Assembly: GCA_026016245.1 (NCBI GenBank) | Contig: CP061211.1 | Span: 330,001-362,000, forward strand | Source of the DNA: Candidatus Pacearchaeota archaeon | GTDB lineage: Archaea; Nanobdellota; Nanobdellia; Pacearchaeales; UBA284 | DNA: 32,000 nt | Direction: 5' to 3' | Shown: one piece after another, positions 1-10,228 of the stretch | Numbering within the stretch: position 1 is the first letter of the stretch | Layout of the letters: every line of letters starts with the position of its first letter | The notes under the pieces: generated by a model | What the model was told of the DNA's origin: nothing | The model's input: the letters and a program-made list of their open reading frames with translations, nothing else | The model's database searches: none | Position numbers and translations under genes: made by a program

Positions 1-1057
1 AAGCATTACACATCCTATCTTCCTCTTCCTCAATTGTTACAGAAACACCATAGCATTTTTCAACATCAATGCTGACATCATATTTCTTTAAGACTTTACC
101 ATAATCAGTTAGAATTTCAATATTAACTGAGAAGTTTCCTTCTGTCATATAAGGTGGCCTTGCAATAATATTAAAAGTTTTCTCTTCTCCCTCTGCCACA
201 TTAAGTGTTTTTTGATCAAGAGTTGTCCAGGATGGACCATACATATTAATTCTATATATATTATCTCTTGTTCCTAAATTCCTGATTTTTATAGGAATAC
301 TAAGTTCCTCAGCCTCACACATCCTATAATAGATCTTCTCACTACTTAGGGTATAATCATAACAAGAAACAATCTCTATGTTAGCCACTTTGTTTGCCTG
401 AGCATAAGGACTCTCAGATGTAACAACAAAATTTACCTCATAAGTCCCAGCAACATTACAGGGTGTTAATACATAAACTTCAATATCTGTTTCTGTACAG
501 CTTGCTAGTGTTACAGATTCTGAAGAAAGACTTATCCAATCTGCAGCTGGTCCTTCAACTATTATGTCATAATTTTCTAGATAATTACCCATATTATTAA
601 TATTTAATAATATAGTTTCTTCTTCGCAAGCACAAATCATGAGTGTTTCAGGTTCAACACTTAAAATAGTATTATGACAATTTTCTACTATCACATTATG
701 TTCAACTGTTTTTATGTTTCCATTAGCTTTTTCCACAGTTATTTTAAGCTTGTAATTGCCTGGGGTAACTTGACTGGAAGGAGTAATATAAGAATAAATT
801 GATTGAGCCTGGCCTCCTTCAAGCCAGAATCCTGTTGGAACACTTGTTGTGAATGTTGCTGCTGTTCCTTCTACTGTTACTGTAAATGCACCTGCTGTTG
901 ATGCTGTTACAATATCTTCAATAACAATAGTAGAAGAAGGACAGACAGTGTTAGTTGTAATATTAGAGGTTATAGTAAATGCAGATGCTTGTGTTAAAGC
1001 AAATACAAATACAAACAAAAACATCAAAAACAATAATGTTGACCTTAACCTTTCCAT
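1..1057 (-). CDS. Secreted/surface protein, Ig-like or CARDB-like repeats (3' end truncated by window edge)
   Basis: Manual minus-strand translation from ATG at 1057 is open to the window edge: MERLRSTLLFLMFLFVFVFALTQASAFTITSNITTN... It shows a signal peptide followed by beta-rich extracellular-type sequence. Absent from the ORF track because it runs off the edge. Confidence 0.75.
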   Translation of the reverse strand, partial: MERLRSTLLFLMFLFVFVFALTQASAFTITSNITTNTVCPSSTIVIEDIVTASTAGAFTVTVEGTAATFTTSVPTGFWLEGGQAQSIYSYITPSSQVTPGNYKLKITVEKANGNIKTVEHNVIVENCHNTILSVEPETLMICACEEETILLNINNMGNYLENYDIIVEGPAADWISLSSESVTLASCTETDIEVYVLTPCNVAGTYEVNFVVTSESPYAQANKVANIEIVSCYDYTLSSEKIYYRMCEAEELSIPIKIRNLGTRDNIYRINMYGPSWTTLDQKTLNVAEGEEKTFNIIARPPYMTEGNFSVNIEILTDYGKVLKKYDVSIDVEKCYGVSVTIEEEEDRMCNA

Positions 1058-1157
1058 TTTATTGTCGCTATGTTGTTACTTAAAAAGAGAAAGTGAGTAT
1101 ATAAACTTTTTTGTGGTTAAATATAACATTTATAAGATATAAAAAAAGAAAAAAATC

Positions 1158-1898
1158 TTATTTAGCAATTTCCCAAAGCAATTCAAAATAATTTAGAAAG
1201 CTTTTAACTACATCTTTACTTTCTAAAACAAAACCAATTGGATTTATATCCCAAATGATTATAGCAACTTTATTTCCGTAAACTATTGTTGTTGCTGGAA
1301 ATTCAAATTTTTCTGGCAAAAATCTAACTTCAACTAATTTTTGTTCTTTTGTTGGTCTTTTTCCTTTCAACTTAATATTATAAATTATCTTGTAGTTTAT
1401 TTTTGCTTTAATTCTTCTTTTCTGCCAATTATCAAAATACCATTTGAAAATTTCTTTGAACCTGCCCTCAGCTCCAAAAGCAACAAAATCTTTCTTTGTT
1501 TTTAGGATATCTTCAAGAATATTTTTAATTCCCTCTTTACCAATAAATATCCTAACTTCCTGCTTTTCAGTTGCTATTTTTTGTCTTTTAATTAATTCTG
1601 GTAAAATTTTTTTAATTTCTAATTTATCTTCTTTAATTTTATGCTCTTTGCTTTCTAAAATTTGTAAAATTCTTTCTGGATTTTCAGAATTGAAATATTT
1701 CTTGTTGTTTTTTATAATAAAGCTAACTAATCCAAGATCAATAAGCTTGTCAAGAATATCATAAATATAACTTCTATGCAATCCTGTTTTCTTTACAAGA
1801 TCACTTACTGTTGCTGTGCCTATTTCAAGCAAAGTTAGATAGACTTTTCTATCATTTTTCGTTAATCCAATTTTTTCTAATATTTGAATATCTGTCAT
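1158..1898 (-). CDS. TrmB-family-like transcriptional regulator
   Basis: N-terminal winged HTH (IGLTKNDRKVYLTLLEIGTATVSDLVKKTGLHRSYIYDILDKLIDLGLV) with a C-terminal effector-like domain; paralogous to 29660..30370. Confidence 0.75.
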   Translation of the reverse strand: MTDIQILEKIGLTKNDRKVYLTLLEIGTATVSDLVKKTGLHRSYIYDILDKLIDLGLVSFIIKNNKKYFNSENPERILQILESKEHKIKEDKLEIKKILPELIKRQKIATEKQEVRIFIGKEGIKNILEDILKTKKDFVAFGAEGRFKEIFKWYFDNWQKRRIKAKINYKIIYNIKLKGKRPTKEQKLVEVRFLPEKFEFPATTIVYGNKVAIIIWDINPIGFVLESKDVVKSFLNYFELLWEIAK

Positions 1899-2027
1899 AT
1901 ATTTATATTATCTTTTGCTTATTTATAAATCTTGCGAAATTGTCGTAAGTAACTATGCTGGCAAATATTTAAATATAAACTATTAATGATATTACTATAA
2001 AGTGAATAAATAATAGGGGATATAAAA

Positions 2028-2855
2028 ATGAATACACGTAAAATAGGGATATTGCTAGGAAAACCAATTGGAGCAGTGAAAGACCCCTTTAGGAATAAGT
2101 ATCACTATTATTATGATGGTAAGGAAATTTATTTGTGGGGTGAATTGGGGATTATAGAGGATTATTTTGATGGTAGAAACGTTAATTTTAGTGAAGTTGA
2201 GAATACAGCTAAAAAGGATGGTTTAACTCTTAGAGAAATTTATCACTTTCCTCCTTTCGAAGCAACAATAATAGAACATGTGATAGGAGAAGCACTTTCA
2301 CATCAAGTGCCCTTAAACAAAGCTGAAGAATTATATATAAAAAGGGTGATTGAATACCGTAAAAGAAGAAAAGAAGAAGAAAAGAAAAAAGAAGAATTAG
2401 TAAAAAGTCTACAACCTAAAATATCTAAATTAAGAAAAAAATTAGAAGAAATTGTAAAAAAAGAATTTAAAGGATTCTCTAAAGCGGAAAAGGATGAGGA
2501 GATAGTGTTTTCTTGTTGTGGTAAGGAATTACTTCCGCTCATGGAACCCTATACGACTGTTTCGTGGCCAAAGATATTTAAAGGCTACATTAAAAAAGAA
2601 CCAGTATTTACAAGAATTGAACTAACAAAAAGAACAAAAAATGAAATAAAAACGATTGATGTAATTTACTATAAAAACATGGCTATTACATTTAAGTCAG
2701 AAAAAAGGTTGCTAGCCATGGATAAGTTTGCAAGATTTTTAATAGCATATCAACGAACAGATTTCGAAAAAGCTGTAGAAGATTTTAACAGAGACAAGTA
2801 TTGGAATTCAGATAATTACAAAATCAAAGATTTAGAGATAACTAAAATCAAATGA
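2028..2855 (+). CDS. Hypothetical protein with central charged coiled coil
   Basis: 275-aa ORF tightly followed by two co-directional ORFs; no family recognised. Confidence 0.65.
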   Translation: MNTRKIGILLGKPIGAVKDPFRNKYHYYYDGKEIYLWGELGIIEDYFDGRNVNFSEVENTAKKDGLTLREIYHFPPFEATIIEHVIGEALSHQVPLNKAEELYIKRVIEYRKRRKEEEKKKEELVKSLQPKISKLRKKLEEIVKKEFKGFSKAEKDEEIVFSCCGKELLPLMEPYTTVSWPKIFKGYIKKEPVFTRIELTKRTKNEIKTIDVIYYKNMAITFKSEKRLLAMDKFARFLIAYQRTDFEKAVEDFNRDKYWNSDNYKIKDLEITKIK

Positions 2856-2861
2856 AATAAA

Positions 2862-3755
2862 ATGGAAAAAGAATATGATAATGGAAGAACAAGAGGAAAT
2901 AAAATAAGAGATTTAGTTAAAGAGAATCTTGGTCTAGAAATTTTAGTTAAAAGGAACATGGATGAAGAAATGATAATAACAAACCCTTCATTTCATGTGG
3001 GAGCTTCAGCTATTACAGCAATCGAACTTGCCAAAGCATTCGAAGAAGCTTATAAAGGAGATTCAATTTCTGCAGCAGTCGAATTTTCCTCGGCACTTCA
3101 TAAAGGGGGGGTCCCAGCTATTGCAGCGATCGAATTTGCCAAAGAAAAGGGAAAGATACTCGTGCCAAATATCTTGGCGGATTATATTATTACAGAACCA
3201 AGTCAATGGATTAGTGTTGCGAAGGATTGCTGCATCTGCAATGCATCGCCGTTTTGGACAGGAACAATGACTGCTTATCGCGAACCAGATAAGAGATTAG
3301 GATCAGCAATTGAGTATGAAGATACAAAATCAAAAATTAAATGGATATTTCCAATTCCAGCTGAATTTAGAAAAATGAAAAATACCATTCTTGCTGTAGA
3401 ATACCCCCATTATAAACTTAAAGTATGGAGAGATCAATATGAGGATAATAGAATAACAGTTCTTACAGAGAGAAATAAGATTATTCCAGTGGAGAACTTT
3501 CCAAAAAAAGAAGGATGGTACAACTTTGATAAAAATACTGGAATACCAATTAGTGTAGGGGGTACATTGTTCAAAGGCCGAAGGTATTTGGATAGACGTG
3601 GTAAGAGAGTCGGACCTTTGGCCCGTTATGGTTTTGACTCTCACACTTTCGGTCCCGGCAAAGAGACTATTGATGCCCAATGTCGCCCATCTGTTTGCAA
3701 GGGAGTATTGGTGATCAGTCATGAAGCCTATTACAAACTAGAAGGTAAAAAATGA
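2862..3755 (+). CDS. Hypothetical protein with internal Ala/Glu helical repeats and a C-terminal Cys/Gly/Arg-rich part
   Basis: 297-aa ORF beginning 6 nt after the previous stop and overlapping the next ORF by 4 nt. Confidence 0.65.
   Translation: MEKEYDNGRTRGNKIRDLVKENLGLEILVKRNMDEEMIITNPSFHVGASAITAIELAKAFEEAYKGDSISAAVEFSSALHKGGVPAIAAIEFAKEKGKILVPNILADYIITEPSQWISVAKDCCICNASPFWTGTMTAYREPDKRLGSAIEYEDTKSKIKWIFPIPAEFRKMKNTILAVEYPHYKLKVWRDQYEDNRITVLTERNKIIPVENFPKKEGWYNFDKNTGIPISVGGTLFKGRRYLDRRGKRVGPLARYGFDSHTFGPGKETIDAQCRPSVCKGVLVISHEAYYKLEGKK
3010..3150 (+). repeat. Three degenerate in-frame repeats (~51-57 nt spacing), core RCAGCRRTCGAA
   Basis: acagcaatcgaa at 3015, gcagcagtcgaa at 3072 and gcagcgatcgaa at 3123. 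They encode ITAIELAKAFEE / ISAAVEFSSALH / IAAIEFAKEKGK. Confidence 0.6.
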
Positions 3756-4333
3756 AAAACAATCTAATTACAAAATTAGAGGGAATTGGAGCTGAAAATA
3801 TTTATTATGGGGACGGAAGGTATGATGAGGAAAAAAAGATGCTAGAAGAGATGTCTAATGCCAATGATCCTACATTTTTGAAAGCACGGCTCCCCATAAA
3901 CTTTACTTATAAATCTAAGAAAGTCAAATGGCTTACTTACTACGACCCCTCCATAAGGGAGTTTAAAGAAAAGGAACGTTCTTTTTACTATCAAACTAAT
4001 CCGCCTCTTTTTTTAGATTACAGCAAACAATGGAATTCATTAAAAGATCTGGAGAAAAGACTAAATAATTTTATAAGAAAAAAACTTAAAGAAATTGATG
4101 CCCATCTAGAGATTGGTGGGAAATATATTTTTGAGAAACATTATAGTAAGCATATAAATATTAAAATCCAATTAGAAGAGTTTCTTTCATTTATTAGATC
4201 TTATGAGGATATTAGAGAAAAAATAGATAGCAAAACAAAAGAAATAGAGAAAGAGTTTAATAGAAGGGTACGCAAAAATTTAATTCCTTATTTTTCTAAA
4301 CTTAAAGAAAAAGTGAATAAAATGGAGATTTGA
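3752..4333 (+). CDS. Hypothetical protein, helical C-terminus
   Basis: 193-aa ORF overlapping the upstream ORF by 4 nt (ATGA-type coupling). Confidence 0.65.
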   Translation: MKNNLITKLEGIGAENIYYGDGRYDEEKKMLEEMSNANDPTFLKARLPINFTYKSKKVKWLTYYDPSIREFKEKERSFYYQTNPPLFLDYSKQWNSLKDLEKRLNNFIRKKLKEIDAHLEIGGKYIFEKHYSKHINIKIQLEEFLSFIRSYEDIREKIDSKTKEIEKEFNRRVRKNLIPYFSKLKEKVNKMEI

Positions 4334-4434
4334 GAGATGGAATAAGTTCCTTCGGAAGAGTTTAAAAAGAAAAATAAAAAAACATTAAATAAAAAATTTA
4401 GTTTTTGAGTTCTCGGCTTTCTTTTGGTTTAGGC

Positions 4435-5832
4435 TTAATAGTAACTCTCTTCTACTTCTGCTTTTTCTGCACTCTTTCTGGTTGTCAAAAGTAAGATCAA
4501 TAAGACAATGATTGCTGCAGCAAGGATTATACCAACAATTGTTAGTATAGTTTTAAGATCTCCTATTCCTTTGCCTTCTTCTTTTACAACGTTAGCAACC
4601 ATACTGTATTGTTCACTTTTACTGTCATGCTCTATCTTAACACTAAAGATATGCTCGCCTTCAACTGCATTTTCAGAGACAGCAACATAGACATTAACTA
4701 TCTTGCTCTCACCTGGCCTTAAGCTAAAAGCTTGTGGGTTGATTGTTACTTCTGCCCAACCTGCACATGCAGTTTCTCCACAACCACCTTCAGTCCCTAG
4801 AGCACTTACAATAAAATCTTCAGTCTCATCACCAAAGTTTGCGACAAGAAGTGTGTAAACAGCTCCCTTACCTAATTCAATCTCATTACTTGTTATCTGA
4901 GGAACTATCTCTACTTCCCCTTCTTCATATTCCTTTTCTTTCTTTCCAGGACCTTCTATAATAACATCTCTGAATTCTATATCAGAAACCTCATCATTGT
5001 AGGCCTTGACTTCAAGAGTATGAATTCCTGCATAAGCATCTAAAGGTATTATTAGAGCAACAGTAACAGTTTTTGCATCTTCATCATCGTCATCATCGCT
5101 TGCCTCTAAATCACCAAGATAGATTGTTCTTTCAATACAGAGCTCATTCAAGCTAACTCTCACATAAACATCTTCTGCTTCATGATTTCCTCTATTCTTG
5201 ACTGCAACATCTACATAAAGAGTTGTTCCAGCCTCGAAAGTCATTGTACATCCACCACAAGAACCATAGTAATTACCAGAATCATAAAGTTCCACAGACA
5301 TTATCTCAATCCAGTTAGCTATTCTTTGAATCTCTGTTTCAATATCTGCTTCATCAGTTCCACTCAAACCATGTTTTTGTTGGATATCTACATGTAAAGT
5401 ATATGTGTCTCTTGCATCTATATTCTTAGGGATGAAAAGATCAAGAGTCTTAGTGTATGTTTTTCCTTCAAAAACATCAAATAAAGATGTCTCTGCTTCA
5501 ATATCATCGTGATAACCACCTATCCATGCTTTAACTTTTGTCTCTTCAAAATCATCATTGGCAATAAAACTAACTTTAATCTCTGCATTCTCTTCTCTCT
5601 CTAGAGCTGGAGTTTCATATTGGTTTATTACACAATGCCATCTGTCTTCTGTTGGTGTAGGGTCATAATAACAATAACCATACCAAACCATTTCTCCATT
5701 CACATAGACAGTCATCTCATCTATGTCTGGTAAGCTGTATTCATACCAATCATCTGCCCTTGCATTAGAAAGCAAAAATACTGAAAACAATGCGACAACC
5801 AAAATAAAAGCCAAAATAAATTTAGTTTTCAT
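4435..5832 (-). CDS. Membrane-anchored surface protein with CARDB/NEW3-like beta-sandwich domains
   Basis: N-terminal signal peptide (MKTKFILAFILVVALFSVFLLSNARA), extracellular-type repeats, C-terminal TM helix (TILTIVGIILAAAIIVLLILLL). Confidence 0.8.
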   Translation of the reverse strand: MKTKFILAFILVVALFSVFLLSNARADDWYEYSLPDIDEMTVYVNGEMVWYGYCYYDPTPTEDRWHCVINQYETPALEREENAEIKVSFIANDDFEETKVKAWIGGYHDDIEAETSLFDVFEGKTYTKTLDLFIPKNIDARDTYTLHVDIQQKHGLSGTDEADIETEIQRIANWIEIMSVELYDSGNYYGSCGGCTMTFEAGTTLYVDVAVKNRGNHEAEDVYVRVSLNELCIERTIYLGDLEASDDDDDEDAKTVTVALIIPLDAYAGIHTLEVKAYNDEVSDIEFRDVIIEGPGKKEKEYEEGEVEIVPQITSNEIELGKGAVYTLLVANFGDETEDFIVSALGTEGGCGETACAGWAEVTINPQAFSLRPGESKIVNVYVAVSENAVEGEHIFSVKIEHDSKSEQYSMVANVVKEEGKGIGDLKTILTIVGIILAAAIIVLLILLLTTRKSAEKAEVEESYY

Positions 5833-5993
5833 TTGTTTTTATTTTTTTAGTTTATTTAATTAAAATTTAGACAAATTTAGACAAAATTTTGTCATTATTT
5901 TTGAGTTAAGTTGATTTAAAAAGCTTTCCCCATTATCGACGGTGTTGTTACTAATTGCGGGTAATTTGATTTTTCTTTTTACCGAAGAGGAAA

Positions 5994-6782
5994 TCACTTT
6001 ATAGATTTCCAGACTTTTAGTCCTTTCAAAGAATCTCTGTAAGGATTTGGGCTTTCATTGATTATTGTTATTGATAGGTTGTATCTTTTAATCCATCTCA
6101 AAAGTTCTCTAAGTCTGGATTCTGGTGTAACAAGATGTCTTCTCTCACCAGCTTTTGTCCATTCAATTCCAGAAAAATGTGAATGAATATATGAGAATCT
6201 TTTTATCTTTTCAAAAATTTCTTTGTAATTTATTTTTCCCTGAACACGAGCAAGCATATGGGCAAAATCAATACAAAAATGACATTTAGTCTCTCTAACT
6301 AATTTCAATAATTCATCTAGACTTCCAAATTGACTTGCTTTTCCAGTTGTTTCAGGAGCAAGCTTAACTTTCCATCCCTTCTTTTTAATCACTCTCTGCA
6401 TTTCTTGAATTCCTTTTTTTATGATCTTATAACATTCTTTTTCATTATGTTTACCATAATAACCTGCATGAAAAACTATATACTTAACGCCAAGATAATG
6501 TCCTCTCTCACAACAATCAAGAATTCTTTTTTTACTTGCTTCAATCTTTTTCTTTTCATGAGAAGCTAGATTAATCCAGTAATGAGCATGGATACTTAGT
6601 TTTATATTAAATTTTTTAGTTATTTTTCCAATTTCTTTGGCTTGATTATTATTCATCCATACTTGATAGGTAAAAGGGATTTCTGCTGCCCTTATGTTAT
6701 CTTTATTATATTTTTCTAGGTTTTTTGGAGTTTGTTTTACTCCACCAATTCCTGCGGGACCAAACCTAATCTCTTTTTTCAT
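5994..6782 (-). CDS. nfo: Endonuclease IV / AP endonuclease (TIM-barrel)
   Basis: RFGPAGIG start, IHAHYWINL, FHAGYYG, LAPETTGK, CHFCIDFAHMLAR and SHFSGIEW motifs typical of endonuclease IV. Confidence 0.8.
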   Translation of the reverse strand: MKKEIRFGPAGIGGVKQTPKNLEKYNKDNIRAAEIPFTYQVWMNNNQAKEIGKITKKFNIKLSIHAHYWINLASHEKKKIEASKKRILDCCERGHYLGVKYIVFHAGYYGKHNEKECYKIIKKGIQEMQRVIKKKGWKVKLAPETTGKASQFGSLDELLKLVRETKCHFCIDFAHMLARVQGKINYKEIFEKIKRFSYIHSHFSGIEWTKAGERRHLVTPESRLRELLRWIKRYNLSITIINESPNPYRDSLKGLKVWKSIK

Positions 6783-8557
6783 TTTCCTTTAACAAATCTT
6801 ATTGTCTTGACTCTTTTTTGCATCTTAAACATTTTTTCTATTTCTTTTACGCTAGTTGAATCTTCTGGCTTTTTGTCTCTGATCCAACTTTTAATTCTTG
6901 GAAATCTTAGAGCATATCCTGGCTTGTCTTTTGTTTTTCCTGCTGTATGCATCGGACTTTTTGTTATTTCATCAGCCATGACTGTGAAGACATATTTTGG
7001 CTGTGTCCAGACATCTGGTTTTGTTAATGAATCTACTCTAACTGGTTTCTTTTCTATTTTTATCTTGTCTAACAGTTTTCTAATCTCTTGCCATTTTGCT
7101 TCTGTCAAACCACTTCCTATCCTCGCTATTGTCTTGAACATATCTTTCTTTTTATCATAAACACATCCTAATAAAGCGCCTATACCAAATTTTGCTCTCA
7201 TTCCTCTGCCTTTGAAATAACCGACTATACAAACATCCACTGTATCTTGTAGTTTTCCTCTATATGATCTTTTTAACTTTATCCAATTGAAGTTTCTTGC
7301 TCCTGCTTGATATTCTGCTCCTAATCTCTTGGCTATGATGCCTTCTGTTCCTCTCTGGATATTTTCCTCAAAAAATTTCTCAAGTTCTTCTGGTTTGTTT
7401 GTTAAAATTTTTTCAGCTATTCTTATGGTAAATCCTTTCTTAATTATTCTATGTAATATTTTTGTCCTCTCACTATAGGATTTTTGTGTCATGTCTTTAT
7501 TATTGATGTATAGAATATCAAAACTGAACAAAACTAAGGGAGCTTCTTTTGCTCTTTTTTCTATTTCATATTTTCTTTTTCTTGTTATCGTAACTTGGAA
7601 TGGAAAAAATTCTCCAGTTGCTTCATTGAAGGCAACTGCTTCTCCCTCAAGTATAGCTGTTTTTGCTCTAATTTGTTTCTTTATTCCTTGGACAATATCA
7701 GGAAACATGGGGGTCATTATTTCTAGATTTCGAGAAAAAATTTCAATCTTGTCTCCTTTCTTATGTACCTGAAGTCTCAGTCCGTCATATTTTGTCTCGA
7801 CTGCACATTTTCCTATTTTTTTTATTATGTCAGAAGCAGATGGAAGTCTTTCTGCGAGAGCCATTCTTATTGGTGAGCCTATTTGTACTTTGAATGTTTT
7901 TAATCCTTTGACTCCTTTCTTGAATAAAACATCTGCCACTAATCCTAAATCAGAACTTAGATTATATGCCCTTTCAATATCTGGTCTTAATTTCATTCTG
8001 TCACCAGTTATAGCTTTGCTCATTGAATCCATTATTGTTGGATCTCCTATTCCTAATCTTAATCTACCTAAAACAAATCTTACAATGTATTTTGCCTCTT
8101 TAGCTGAAACTTTGCTAAGCAAGCCAGCCAGCATATTAATTTTTCTTTCAACGCTTCCTGCTCCACCTGTTTTTGCTATTTTTAATATAGTATTATAAAC
8201 TTCAATTATTGTCGGAGCTTTAGTTTTGATCAGTGTTCTTTGTTTTTTTGAAAGTTTTTCTGCAGCTATGCCTAGATCACCTGTTTTTTTGTATAATTTT
8301 GATACCTCGCTTGCTGATTTTCCTGAACACTTTGCTATGGATTTCTCAATCATTTTTTCTGCCATTCCAATCTCTATTCCTTTAAATGATGGCAGAAGTT
8401 TTTCTTCACAAAAATAAACAACCTCATCTACCTCTTCCTTGGAAATTTTTTTAAAAAATTGGCTTAGAATTTCAAACATTTCCAAGCGTTTTGTGGTTTT
8501 TTCTAGTTTTTCAAATACTTCGGCTAGTTGTAAAAAGAGCATGAAAATTAAAGGCAA
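6779..8557 (-). CDS. lig: ATP-dependent DNA ligase
   Basis: Nucleotidyltransferase motif KYDGLRLQVHKKGD, archaeal ligase architecture (KTAILEGEAVAFNEATGEFFPFQ; WIKLKRSYRG). True start may be an internal Met. Confidence 0.93.
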   Translation of the reverse strand: MPLIFMLFLQLAEVFEKLEKTTKRLEMFEILSQFFKKISKEEVDEVVYFCEEKLLPSFKGIEIGMAEKMIEKSIAKCSGKSASEVSKLYKKTGDLGIAAEKLSKKQRTLIKTKAPTIIEVYNTILKIAKTGGAGSVERKINMLAGLLSKVSAKEAKYIVRFVLGRLRLGIGDPTIMDSMSKAITGDRMKLRPDIERAYNLSSDLGLVADVLFKKGVKGLKTFKVQIGSPIRMALAERLPSASDIIKKIGKCAVETKYDGLRLQVHKKGDKIEIFSRNLEIMTPMFPDIVQGIKKQIRAKTAILEGEAVAFNEATGEFFPFQVTITRKRKYEIEKRAKEAPLVLFSFDILYINNKDMTQKSYSERTKILHRIIKKGFTIRIAEKILTNKPEELEKFFEENIQRGTEGIIAKRLGAEYQAGARNFNWIKLKRSYRGKLQDTVDVCIVGYFKGRGMRAKFGIGALLGCVYDKKKDMFKTIARIGSGLTEAKWQEIRKLLDKIKIEKKPVRVDSLTKPDVWTQPKYVFTVMADEITKSPMHTAGKTKDKPGYALRFPRIKSWIRDKKPEDSTSVKEIEKMFKMQKRVKTIRFVKGK

Positions 8558-8581
8558 GGGGGTTTTTTAGATTTTTCTTTA

Positions 8582-9550
8582 TTACTGACAACACGCATTT
8601 CTATATTTTAGATATTTTTTTATACCTTTTTGTCTAATAAAATGAGATAATTCTTCTGATTTTTTTACTAAAGGATCTTGCATTTTAATCAAAAAAATAG
8701 CCACAAGAAGTTCGTCTTCGAAAATTTTTATATCATCTTTCTTAGATCTTCCTTCAGTATAATCTTCTAATTCTTTAATTGACCATAGTATTGATTCATA
8801 CTGTTCATCGAGAGGAATATTCTCTACTTTCCGTTCTTCATATTTTGCTAATTGATTTTTGTTTGATTCAACCTGTTTTTCACAGTATTCTAAAGATCCC
8901 ATCAATAAATCTTTATAATTTTCCTTACTGCTAAGGACTTTTAGGTTAGATCTTGAAACCGGAAATGGATGCTTTCGACATTTGTTTAAATCTTCAATTT
9001 CTTTATCTCCATATTTGCCAAATTTATCTCCTAACATAGAAATATATTTTTGCAATTTGGGAGATAATTTTTCTTTAACTCTTTTGTGTTGGAGCCATTT
9101 TAAAGTTATTGCAACTTTTGAATATTTTTCTATTCTATCTGGAGTCGGCTTTAAGAATTTACAAGAATATTCATGTATAGAATCCATAGTCTGTTCGTTT
9201 ATAGTTAATTTTCCTTTAATATTATCTTTAAGAAAAGAATATATTTTTTCAACTTTCTTTTTTATATCTTCTTTTGGCATAAAAGGATAATACTCCTTAA
9301 TTACATCACCAATCACTACTTCATTAAGATTATAAAACCCTTGTTCGAATTCTATTGAGCTCATGATACAAGGACACCAATTAATTAATGCTTCTAAGTC
9401 ACGTTGAAGAGTATATCTCGGACCTATTTCTAATATATCTTGAGGCAATTCACTAATTATAGCTGGGGGTTTTATTTTATTTTCAGCATAAACCACTATA
9501 TCATAAAAATTATTGAGATGTTCTATTCCTTTAACCATAAAAAAGAACAT
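8582..9550 (-). CDS. Hypothetical protein
   Basis: 322-aa ORF with no recognised motifs; long open frame on the same strand as its neighbours. Confidence 0.6.
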   Translation of the reverse strand: MFFFMVKGIEHLNNFYDIVVYAENKIKPPAIISELPQDILEIGPRYTLQRDLEALINWCPCIMSSIEFEQGFYNLNEVVIGDVIKEYYPFMPKEDIKKKVEKIYSFLKDNIKGKLTINEQTMDSIHEYSCKFLKPTPDRIEKYSKVAITLKWLQHKRVKEKLSPKLQKYISMLGDKFGKYGDKEIEDLNKCRKHPFPVSRSNLKVLSSKENYKDLLMGSLEYCEKQVESNKNQLAKYEERKVENIPLDEQYESILWSIKELEDYTEGRSKKDDIKIFEDELLVAIFLIKMQDPLVKKSEELSHFIRQKGIKKYLKYRNACCQ

Positions 9551-9669
9551 AATTTAAAGATTTATAAGTTTTTTCATTGTAACTATTTTAAAGTAATGTA
9601 AAAAATCTTGGAAATATTATGTAAAAAAACCACAATAAAATTTTTATATTCATTATTGCTTGAATTTCT

Positions 9670-10224
9670 ATGGATTTTAAAAAAGTATTGAAAGAGAGGC
9701 GAAGTATTAGGAGATATTCCTCAAAAAAAGTTTCTGTTTCTGATCTTACTGCTGTATGTGAGGCTGCAAGATTTATTCCTGTGGCTGGAAATATTTACAC
9801 TGTAAGATTAGTTATTGTTAGTGATGAGAAGAAAAAAGAACAGCTTGCTGAGGCTGCTCTAAGTCAGGATTTTATTGCTAAAGCACCTTTTGTGATTGTT
9901 GTATGCTCTGATTTAAAACAGCTTAGAAGAAGTTATGGAACAAGAGCTGAGATTTATGGAAAACAACAAGCAGGAGCAGCTATAGAGAATATGTTATTGA
10001 AAGTTACGGAGCTTGGCCTTGCTTCATGCTGGGTTGGCGCTACTGATGATAATGCTGTTAAAAGAGTTCTGAAAATACCAGAGGATATACAAATTGAAGC
10101 ATTACTGCCATTAGCAAATCCTCTTGGCAAGGAAGAGGCTAAGAAAAAACCTGATTTATCCTTTATAACTTATTTTGAGAAGTGGGGGCAGAGAACTGCT
10201 AAACCTGCTAAAAAACCTTACTAA
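9670..10224 (+). CDS. Nitroreductase-family protein
   Basis: RRSIRRYSSKKVSVSDLTAVCEAARFIPVAGN..., ELGLASCWVGA..., PLANPLGKEEAKKKPDL nitroreductase signatures. Confidence 0.88.
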   Translation: MDFKKVLKERRSIRRYSSKKVSVSDLTAVCEAARFIPVAGNIYTVRLVIVSDEKKKEQLAEAALSQDFIAKAPFVIVVCSDLKQLRRSYGTRAEIYGKQQAGAAIENMLLKVTELGLASCWVGATDDNAVKRVLKIPEDIQIEALLPLANPLGKEEAKKKPDLSFITYFEKWGQRTAKPAKKPY

Positions 10225-10228
10225 TAAA

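Noticed and set aside
849-1142. Plus-strand 97-aa ORF
   Set aside because: Val/Ala/Thr low-complexity shadow of the minus-strand secreted protein starting at 1057.
2862-3755. Second DGR target in the unknown operon
   Set aside because: No segment resembles the TR, and the C-terminal region has no A-directed variation relative to 27923-28005.
6732-8417. Plus-strand ORFs inside nfo/lig
   Set aside because: Antisense shadow ORFs without motifs over well-supported minus-strand genes.
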